64,000 nucleotides of DNA from Basidiobolus meristosporus CBS 931.73 (Eukaryota > Fungi > Basidiobolomycota). Each line of letters begins with the position of its first letter. Position 1 is the stretch's first letter. Where the stretch lies: positions 1 to 64,000 of the forward strand of contig MCFE01000071.1 in assembly GCA_002104905.1 (NCBI GenBank). The letters run 5' to 3'. A program made the position numbers and the translations under genes. Below the pieces are notes generated by a model. The model was not told the DNA's origin, ran no database searches, and worked only from the letters and a program-made list of their open reading frames with translations. This document shows, in pieces, positions 51,846-62,522 of the stretch.

Positions 51846-54800
51846 TGTGGTGGTGTATAGGTCCAAGGGAAAGATACATCCAACACTTCTCAAGTGTTTT
51901 GTGTGTGGGGTGTTCACTGGGTGCAATAGCCTCTGGCAAAAGCTTGCTAGGAATACTTGGGTTCTGTCTCTAATCTAATGTGAAGGGGAATAAAGCCACA
52001 AGCTTGTCAAGGGAAAACTATTGAGCTACAATCCCCAACTTAGTTGGCGTCTTAACAAAAGTATGTGCTGGGTTTGGCATCCTTTGAGAAGACAATGTAC
52101 TAAAGCTTCCAAGGTCAAAATAACTGTAAACTCTACCTGCAGGGACTTGATAAAAATGCAACTGTGGTCAATAGCTACAATGACAGAAAAGTATCTTTGC
52201 CTGTACAAGAACAAACTTGGGAAAGAATCAAATATAATAAAAGATGCCTACTCTGAGTATTCCTCACAAGTAGTGCCTCCAAGGTCAGTTGGCTGTCAGA
52301 GCAGTTTCCTGGGAGTGTCCTGTGGTCTGGGGTTGGAAGTTCAGGTATCAGCAGGTAGCAGTGATCACACTAATCAACAAGTTGGTATATTGATAAAAGG
52401 GATGATGATTTATTGTTGAGGGATAGCCTCCCTTATATACTTTTCTTATTGGCTAAGTGATTGCTAATCATGGTGTTTGAGAAGGTTCCAGATATCAATA
52501 GAAATCTCAATGACATCAGAATGATCTAAGAATGTTCTGAGTAGGTGCCATAAGGTCCTAAGAGGCACAGCACATCCAACCAATCAGGAATCAGTATTCT
52601 GAAACCTGTGTAATATAGGAACACCATATATGGTATGGAAATGGTGGGGATGGTAACACAGGTTGATCATGTGTCACAGGTACTGGCACAAGTACTTGCC
52701 CAATATAGAAGCACTTATAGCTAGTAATCTTACACAAAGTGAGGGGTAACTTATGCAATTAGGTAAGCAGGTGTGATAGTCTACCGGCTTATGGGATAGT
52801 ACTGATTGGGTAAGACAAATGGGATAAAACTAAAATAAGTGTAGTAGAGATATAGGGAAGTGAAAATAAGGGAATGAGCACATCTGTCAGTGGGTGTCAC
52901 TGTCACCCCACTACATCTACCCCCCCCCTCAGCTTTGAACTTGGGTTAAAGCAAACTAATCTTGATGTGCAAAATTCCTATGCTTGAATAACTTAAGTTG
53001 GTTTCCAGCAACTGGTGCTCTCAACTGGCTGTTGTCAAGCTTGGATATGTAATAACTTCCATTTCCAATCACTTTGGATATGAGGTAGGGGCCAGTCCAT
53101 TTGTTGTCAAACTTCCAACTCCATTGTTTGTCCAAGGTGAAATTATAGAGTAATACTGGGTCTCCTAGTGATAGTGGTTTTGGTCTTGTTGGGTGTGATT
53201 TGTCAAAGGGCACCTTGTTCTTCAGTCATGTATCCTTAAGTTGTTAAGCAGCTCTGCTGATATTCAGGTCATGGTGATCAAGTTGCTGTATGCAAGTTGC
53301 AAGGAGGTCTTCAGTCTGTATATTGGATCTCCAATTCAATGAGTTCCAAGTGACTGTGTTTAACTCAACTGCTAGTATGCAGTCATGTCAATAGAGTAGC
53401 TTGAATGGCAATAATCCAGTTGTTCTCTTGGTGTTAATTCTAGCTGCCCAGAGTGCAAGATGTAATTGCTGTGGCCACAATGTTGTGTTATTCTCACAGG
53501 TCTTGACAAGAGAGTTCACCAATGGCCCATGTACTCTCTCTATCATTCCGTTGGCTTGAGGGTGGTAAGCTGTTGTAAAAGCAATGTGTATCTTGTACTT
53601 TGAGCACAACTCCTGGATCATTTGGGATGTCATCTCTCCTCTGTCAGCAACAAACTGTTGGATGCAGCCAAATCTGCAGATAATGTCTTCATGTATAAAT
53701 CTCCATATAGTGTGGCTCTTGTCGTTGGGCAAGGCTTGAGCCTCTGCCCACCCACTAAGGTCATCTCTAGCAACAATCAGGTACTTTTTTGATCCAGCTG
53801 TTGGCATTTGGACAAGGTCAATACCAACCTTTTGCCATAGACAGATTGTGTAAGTAGGATGCAGTGGTTCTTCATAACACTTGGAGGATCACTTCTGGCA
53901 GGCTACACATGGCTCAACAAAGTGTTTGATATCATAGTACATGTTTTCCCAGTAGTACCTCTGAGCTGTAGTATTGTAGGTGGCTTCTTGTCCTCTATGT
54001 CCTCCTGGTTCTCCTTGGTGGATACTTGTCATGATGTTCAGTTGCTCTTGAGGGGTAGTGACCACTCTTCTTGGCATAAGTCTAGGCTTCACTTGCTTAA
54101 AGAGAAGATCATCTTTGAGATAGTAGTGGTGTGCCTTCTTTCTGAGTTTTCTAAACTCCTGAATTCCCATCCAACTAGGTTTCTTAAGTGTCCTTAGATA
54201 TTCCTTGATCAGACTCCAGGTAGTTCTCACTTGGTCTTTGATGGCAATCTGTTGGATCTCTGCATCAATAATGTCATCAAAGTGAGGGTCCAAGTCTTCA
54301 AATAATTGTGGTTGATTCCTAGAGAGCGCATCAGCCACAACATTTGTCTTGCCAGGGATATGTCTGACCTCAAAGTCAAACATTTTCAGCCATGCCATCC
54401 ATTTGTTTGTGGCATCATCAGGCAGGTCAGGCTTGTTAATCATTCCTATAAGTGGCTTGGCATCTGTCTCCAGGATAAAATATGTCACGTAGAGTTATGA
54501 CTTCAGTTCCCTCAGCATCTTCACAACTCCTAGTAGTTCTCTCTTAATCTGTGAGTATCTTTGTTCTCTAGGAGAGAATAGGCAGCTCTCATATCTGCAG
54601 GCATAGCGGTTGCCATCTTCATCATCTTGGCCAAGTAGTGCTCCAGCTTGTATAGGGCTTGCATCAACTGTCAAAATAAGTGGGCATTCAGTGTTCTGAT
54701 AGTCAATAGGTCTTAGAACTGGTGGAGATACTAAGGCCTCTTTCAGTAATTGCATGGCTTCTTTTTGCTCTTCTCCCCAGATAAATGGGGTGTTCTTTCT

Positions 54801-54890
54801 TTGTAGTCGGTAAATTGGTACTGCTATCTCAGAAAATCTTGGGATCCAGATCCTAAAGAGCCCACAAGCTGCCACAACAGGCTACCCTAT
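51846..54890 (-). mobile_element. 5'-truncated gypsy family G1 element: RT/RNase H/integrase, PPT and 3' LTR
   Basis: 3' LTR 52915 to 51846, preceded on the minus strand by PPT GAGGGGGGGGGTAGA. RNase H (LTVDASP...KRELLGV) and integrase (HRGQEATY; AYHPQANGMIER; KWTGPY). The ORF ends without a chromodomain. Confidence 0.9.
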
Positions 54891-54959
54891 AGTGATACAA
54901 ATGATTGAAGGACAGGGATCCTCTGTAAGAAAGGAAAAATTGCCTCCCCAGAAGACTGT

Positions 54960-56028
54960 TGTAGTGGGGTGACAGTGACACCCACTGACAGATGTGCTCA
55001 TTCCCTTATTTTCTACTTCCCTTCATCTCTACTACACTTATTTTAGTTTTATCCCATTTGTCTTACCCAATCAGTACTATCCCATAAGCCGGTTGACTAT
55101 CACACCTGCTTACCCTTGCATAAGTTACCCCTCACTTGATGTAAGATTACTAGCTATAAGTGCTTCTATATTAGGCAAGTACCTGCGCCAGTACCCATGA
55201 CACATGAGCAACCCGTGTCACCATCCCTAGCATTTCCATACCGTATATGGTATCCCCATGTTACACAGGTTTCACAATACTGATTCCTGATTGGTTGGAT
55301 GTGCTGTGCCTCTTAGAACCTTCCGGCAGCTACTTAGAACATTCTTAGGTCATCCTGATGTCATTAAGATCTCTATTGATATCTGGAACCTCCTGGAACA
55401 CCATGATTAGTAATCACTTAGCCAGTGCGAAAAGTATATAAGGGAGCCTATCCCTCTACAATAAATCATCATCCCTTTTATCAATATACCGACTTGTTGA
55501 TTTGTGTGATCACTGCTACCTGCTGCTACCTGAACTTCCAATCCCAGACCACAGGACACTCCCAGGAAACCGTGCTGACAGCCAACTGACCTTAGAGGCA
55601 CTACTTGTGAGGAATACTCAGAGTAGGTATCTTTTATTATATTTCATTCTTTCCCAAGTTTGTTCTTGTACAGGCCAAGATACTTTTCTGTCTTTGTAAC
55701 TATTGACCACAGCTGCATTCTTATCAAGTCCCTGCTGGTGGAGTTTACAGTTATTTTGACTTTGGAAGCTTTAGTACATTGTCATCTCAAAGGACGCTGA
55801 ACCCAGCACATACTTTTGTTAAGATGCCAACTAATTTGGGGATTGTAGCTCAATAGTATTCCCCTGACAAGCTTGTGGCTTTATTCCCCTTCACATTAGA
55901 TTAGAGACAGAACCCAAGTATTCCTAGCAAGCTTTTGCCAGAGGTTAATGCACCCAGTGAAAACCCCACACATAAAACACTTGAGAAGTGTTGAACATAT
56001 CTCTCCCTTTGACCTATACACCACCACA
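54960..56028 (+). mobile_element. Solo LTR of gypsy family G1, TSD CTGT/CCGT, inserted in the G2 gag
   Basis: Flanks at 54956-54959 and 56029-56032. The empty site reads IASPEDRELEELWQK in frame. Confidence 0.93.
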
Positions 56029-59000
56029 CCGTGAGTTAGAAGAATTATGGCAAAAGGTCCAAGAACTCTCAATTAACAATGTTCAAGAAGTCCCCAAAGA
56101 AGGTGATAAACTCTGGGAAGCTGTTGTAGATTTAGAAGCCCAGGTACAAGCCCTGACCCAACAGATGGAAGAACTGCAACAATAGTACCTGTGTTATGTA
56201 TGTGGAGAAGTAGGCCACCAAGCCCACAAATGTTAAAAATGGTACAGACATGAACCCATACCAGACACAAAAGAGAAGAAGGCATCAAAAGACAGAGTCT
56301 CTTGCCAGGAGGCCAACAGGACTCAGTCAATTTAAGCCCTCTGGTCTGAGTAGTTTAAGTATGGAAGAAGAAGCATTGACATGAAGCTTCTTGAGAGGAG
56401 GCAAAGAAACCTGTAGTAGAGGTTCTGTCAAGAGGAAAGATTGTGGAATTAGGTGAAGAGGTACATAATGAGCCTTGGGAAGAAGTGTTGAAGCAAGCAA
56501 AGAACTTTAGTATGTCTTCCACAGCCTATTTCCCATAACAAAGGTACTAGAGCAAACCAAGGCAACCCTCCCAATAACCAACTTACTGGGATCAGCCTTG
56601 GCTCTAGTCAAGGAACTGATAGAGGGATTGAAGGAGATAACAACCCTTCATGTCAGCCAGATGGTTCTGCAAAAACCAAATAAAGGTACATATGTAAAGG
56701 TAAATATTGAGAATAAGGAGATTTTTGCCCTTATCAACACAGGATCCTCTACATTGATCATGTCAGAATCATTAGCAAAACTTCTAAAGTTAAATATAGT
56801 CCCCAACAACACCATTTGGGTACAGCTAGCAAATGACCAACTGGACACAACAGTAGGAGTGGTGCCTAGTTGCCCCATCCAGCTAGGCAACTTGATTATA
56901 AAGCAAGATGTTGTGGTCCTACCCGTTGCAGCCAACAACTTACCTATTGGTGAGAGTTGGTTTATCCAACATAAGATGGATATACTTTACAGTGCATCTG
57001 AGCTCAGGTGAGATACCAAGAGTATCCCACTGATTTACATTACCAATGAGAGCAAGGTGCATAGCAACAGTGTGACAATTGAAGAGGTGAAATTGTTGCA
57101 GTCTCCAATCATCACACAAAAGGTGATAAAAATACCACCAGCTAGTGAGATGGTGATCTCATTTGCAACACCAATAGCTTATTTGACAAGCGTAAGAATG
57201 ATAATTGCAGCAAAGGTATCCAAGCAACTGAAAGGAATCTCAATCCCTAAAGCATGGATACCACCAAAATTTGAAACACAAAGTCTGAAGTGCTTAGTAG
57301 TAAACAACAGGTGACACATGGTGACATTGCTTAGAGGAGTGTCATTGTTAAACCCAGAGGAAGTTGATGGAAACAACCAAGGACCACCTACAAACAAGGA
57401 ACCAGAGGAAGAACTCCCCAAACTAGACATGGACACTGGTCTCCCACTTGCATTATAAGACAAGCTCCTAGAAGGAATATGCCTGCTTGCCAAGTATCCT
57501 CTAAGAACCAAGTAATTGGCCATATACAGGGGGTGTATCACTAAATACACCTTGCTGACAAATACGCAATTAAGCAAAAAGCCTATAGGAACTCAAAAAT
57601 TGACATGGACTATATCAAAGAGACAATTGAACCTTTATTCAAAGACAACATCATGACAGAGAGCCAGTCTCCGTGGGCCTCCCCTGTAGTGATAGTCCCA
57701 AAGAAAGATGGAAAGTTACGCTTTTGCATTGACTGCCAAAAATTGGATACTGTCACCCAGAAAGACATGTATCCACTACCGCAAATAGATAACCTCTTGG
57801 AAAAATTAATCAGAGCTAAATATTTTAGCTCTCTTAACTTAATCTCTGGGTATTGGCAAGTAGAAGTAGCCCCGGAAGATCAACCCAAAACTGCTTTTAT
57901 AATATTGTTTGGATTATACAAATGATTCATGGCACAGTCAAGAAACACCAAGATGCAGACTTCCACAGTTGCTAACCTGTTTTCCAAGTATGCATCAGCA
58001 ATGACTACAAGGATGTAATCTGCTTTAAAAGAAGAGGGAAGTATCCCAAACACACCCAAGCTGTCCAAAAAAAAGATCAGAAGACAACTGCCCAATTCAT
58101 TTTAGAAAACCTCATCTGCCGGCATGGATATCCTCAGATACTCCTGTCTAACAATGGTGATTCCTTCCTGAACAACACTGTGGCCATTTGTGCAAAATGA
58201 TGGGTGTGAAACAGGTCTTCACAGACATGTATCACCCCCAGACCAACAGATTAACCAAGAGGAAGAGCCAGACATGTTGCTGCATACTAGAGAAGCTCCA
58301 CTGGGAACTTCCCCAGTCATGGGCCAAGCTGCAGCCACTGAAAGTCCTGGCAATGTATAAAATACCAAATAAAACAATAGGTTTCACCCCATGCAAAGTT
58401 CTGTATGGACAAAGGCCCAAGTGGCATGAAGATGCTGGACTGATGATGGAAGGTTTCCCCTTGATGACACATAACAACTATGTAGAAAGGTTGATACACC
58501 ATATTGCCCTCCTATACATAAAAGTATTTGAAAATGTTGACAAGCACCTTCCCCCTCCACCCAAAAATAAGAAACTAATGGGGCAAAAGTGGACACTATG
58601 CAATAAAGTGTGGTACAACCAAATCATTTTAGGCCTCAAGTTTTGCATACAATCTACACCCTGATGGATTGGCCCTTACACCATTATTAGCTTGGATCAC
58701 AGGCCAAAGTACACCATCATCCTGAACTATAAGACATTCAGCAACATAGTGTCAGCCCATCTGAAACCATTTCATGATGATCCACCAATAATCACTGAAA
58801 CTAAAATTTGATTAAACAATTATCAGGACAAGGATAGAGGAAGCCATGGGATACATGCAAAGTTTATTAGAGGAGATTTTAGTCAATATAGGTACAAATG
58901 ATATGCGCAAGGAAGTTTGCCCAAAGGGGAGAACAAAAGTATCCATATGGAAAGTGCCAAAGGAAACAGTTCATCCAAAACTGGCAATACTCCTCCCACC

Positions 59001-60761
59001 AGTGAGAATCAAGATAATATTGAAACCAAGACCAACCTGCTAGTGTTGAGAGATATGGTACAAGCATTACATGCAACAAGAGCCACCTATGAAGAGTTGT
59101 TTGCCAGAGCAGTCACGTTGATACAAGACATGATCAGAGAGGGACAAGACAAGTTACCCACGCCAATGCAAAGTATGGAGATACTACCCAAGAAGACCAT
59201 GTACTACCTAACAGGAGGTTTGTAGATCATTAAGGAGAAGGACACCGCACTGATTCCCGTATCCATACTGGACACAGTCAGGCAGAAGACACAAGGAATC
59301 AACCTTTGTTCCCTCACAAGACCTCAAGAGCCCCCCTGTTTTGTTGCATACTTGCCATTAATAGGTACCATGGTTGCTGAGGTATATGCAGACCTGGTAC
59401 AAGCTGCAAGAGCACCAGAAGTAGATCTCCCAATCAAAGGACTCCTCTGAGAAATTTGCAAACATCTCAAACTGCATATCCAAGAAGGAACCATCTTAGA
59501 GAAGATATGCAAATGGATTAAATACACTGGCCAGGTAACCCATGCAATCCACTGAGTTGCTGTGTTACAACTATTACAGTGGGTTACCATAGAACAACTC
59601 AGTAACCAGTACAAAGTCCAACTCCAAGAAGCCAAAGAAACTGCCGCAGACTCTGTTGGAACCATGAGACAAGTACAAATGCGCCTCAATTGCACCTCCA
59701 ATTCTACGGAAGAACTACAATATGTCTTGGAAGAAGCAAAAGCTTGTTATTGACAACAGGTGACTGTGAACCAAGTATATGCCCTCTTCAAAAGGTCCCC
59801 CACAATCATATTGAACACAAAAAGGACAAGCCCTGACAATGTTTGCAACATAAAGAAGCAAAATTTTTTGCGCTATTGCACTTTTTCTTGTTCTCCAACC
59901 CTCCCAAGGAACTTACCCAGAGCCCTATGATTTGCCAACTATTTGGCTCTGTGTGAGACATCCCTCAAGCAACTCAAGCCACACCCCACCCTGCCACCAA
60001 ATGGTATCAGGTACTCACCTGCAACCCCCTTGTGAGTGATAACCAGCAATGAAACTATAGTGGCTCCCCATGCTCTGTGAACAAAATCTACCCTGGAGAA
60101 GCAAGTTAGTCAAAGAGCTTTGAGGACAAAGCTCCCTCTTAACCCTTGGTATATGTGAGTACTAAATGTAGTACCCACTCTTTGCCCAAGAGTTCTCCCC
60201 AGAGTCCTACCCAAAGTCCCCCAGTATCCTCCCTATGACTCCCCCACGTGCCCTCCCTCCTATTCCCACCCTTTTCTAGTTAGAACACTTACTATAACAG
60301 GAAGGTGTTCACACCCCTATTTTATAACAAATGGTCTATTATCTAAGCCCCCCAAGTGATATATATATACCTATCCAATTGAACCAAGTTAGAGGACAAG
60401 AGGATTTGGATGGAATAAACACCAGTCTTTATTACCTTGCTACCTTCTGTTGGAAGCTATTCTGAACCAAGTGGTACTGACTTGACCTTCAAGCTCTCCC
60501 ACTCACAAAGTACAGTCAGTAATAACCCACACTTACTACCTGACTCAGCTGTTTCTCTTACTTTTGATGCATACAAATTGATATATTTCTGTTGAAGCTT
60601 CAGTTGTACCTTAATTACCAATTTTATTGACATATACAAGTTGCTATACTTTACATTAGCATTAAGCCCAACCCCACACTAGGTATTTCTGCTGTAATGT
60701 GCTGTTTTGACAACTTTGATGGGAATCCTATGGCTTTATGCCATTATTCATTCACTGGTTC

Positions 60762-62522
60762 TGTTGTGATGTATTATGATTAGTTTGGGGCTTGTTCTAC
60801 AATGTAGAGGCAAATCAACAATATACAACAACTTCCAGTATGCTAATACTGAAATAGTTTATTGGGAGTTTGATATTCCAATAGAAGATATAACTTTCAC
60901 TAATTTCCTCAATCTTGGGCTCAAAATATACTGTAGGCAGTGTTTATCACTTCTACAGCAGTATTCTGACATTCTGTCAGCTAATGGGCTTATTTACTTT
61001 TATAGTAACTTTTCCTTATTTGGAAGTCACTTTCCTGTCTGAGAAAATATTTCCTAATATGGAAATTCTGAACTCCCCTTTAACCTAAAGGGGTGTGTTG
61101 TAGAAGTCTCTAAAGGGGTCTTTAGACCTAAAGGGGTGTCTAAAGGGGTGTCTAAAGGGGTTTCTTAGAGGGGACTTTTCCAACAGAAAAGTGGTAGTTT
61201 CTTGTAGAACTTGGATTGGATTCTTGTGAGCTTTGCAGTCTCTTTACTGATGTAGTACCAATCAAAGTCAGAATACTCAACAGTGCAAGTGATGCAGAGG
61301 AAGTCTTATAACCTTTAAACTTGTAATCGTAGTGTGGAGATTCTGGAAAGAGAGTCTCTCCCTTTATTTTTCAGCTGGGGAAGTCATATATATGAAAATT
61401 TTGAAGGATCAAAGTTTTTGGGCGATTGTGCAAGCAATACAGGTGATACAAAGCTAAAATTTTACAGTGGCGCAGATCGGATATAGGCGCAGCACCTGTG
61501 AGAATTTCACGTGATTTGATTAGCCGGTTCAAAAGTTACACGCAATCAAAGTCACCATAGTAATCATAGCAATAAGGCATAGTATAAATAATAGTTGGAC
61601 TCTTTTGGTCATAACTCCTTAAGTACTGCTTCAAATGAGCTGTAATTTGAAACATGTGTTGGCTACTACGTGTTCTGTATGACATAATATTCTTGGGTGG
61701 ATTGCTTGTCAGGGTCTGGAGCATTTGTTCTTCAAAGTTGGAAATTCTTGATCTTTCTCATGTGTGTTACAATAGCAAAAAGCAAAATAAAGAAATGAGT
61801 GCAATATTGGTTAAGAGATATTGTAGTAATGGAATACTTTCCACTACCACAAGTCTCCCCTAACTTTGAGAAATAATGCCCTCATTATTACTTCTGATAT
61901 GGAACTTCTTCAATCTGTTACCAGGTTGTGTCAGTGCAAGTGGTGTACCGTCAAGTTCTGCTAGTTTGTAAGATCCATTTTTGTTTGCATGTATGATCTT
62001 GTAGGGACCTTGCCATTGCATATCCAGCTTGGATGCCTTGTTTCTTTGGCTTTTTGTGTTGTGAAGTAGTATCAACTCACCTACTTCTAACAATGTTTTT
62101 CTTAGGCATTTTTGAGCGTCAAAGTACTCCTTGCCAGCCATTCTGGATTTCTTCAGGTTTTCTATTGCATTCTGTTGCAGAGTGTGTGCTTGTTGAATCT
62201 GTTGTACTCTTGCTTGCAATAGCTCTGATGTTGTCATGGTTGGTTTCCATGGGAGGGTAAGCCAATTCTCAAAAGATATGTCTATTGGCAAAACAGCTTC
62301 ATGTCCATATATTAAAAAAAATAGTGTATACCCTGTACTTCTTTTGACCGTGACTCTATCAGACCAAATTGCTGCATGAAAGTTATTTGCCCATTTGTTG
62401 GGTTCTTCATAGCTAAGCTTTGCTAATGTGTTTGCAAAAGCAGAATGTCCACGTTCAACTGGTGAATTTGCTTGTGGGTGGTATGGCGTAGTATGTATAA
62501 GCTTGGTTCCATGCTTTGTTGC
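60762..62522 (-). mobile_element. Gypsy family G3 fragment: integrase, PPT and probable ~1.09-kb 3' LTR
   Basis: Integrase ORF (TPYHPQAN...QWQGPY...GNRLKKF) stops at 61860, followed by minus-strand AGGGGAGACT and TGTGGTAG from 61851. The left end is taken where family X homology stops at TG (60762). Confidence 0.72.

Larger units (their letters stand above)
51455..60531 (+). mobile_element. Ty3/gypsy family G2 element with 378-bp LTRs, internally deleted and carrying two G1 insertions
   Basis: LTRs 51455-51832 and 60154-60531. TSD CTTAA/CTTAC. Zinc knuckle CYVCGEVGHQAHKC, protease ALINTGS, RT SPWASPVVIVPKKDGKLRFCID...YPLP...KTAF and integrase YHPQTNRLT...WIGPY. Confidence 0.88.

Noticed and set aside
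58662-60080. Possible TGA recoding (Trp, selenocysteine or readthrough) given the many in-frame TGA codons in TE ORFs
   Set aside because: TGA falls where Arg is expected (P*WIGPY, RSN*TR), host genes use TGA as a stop, and CpG deamination explains the pattern.
61085-61165. Telomere-like interpretation of the TAAAGGGG repeats
   Set aside because: Only five irregularly spaced units, internal to a probable LTR; not a telomeric tract.
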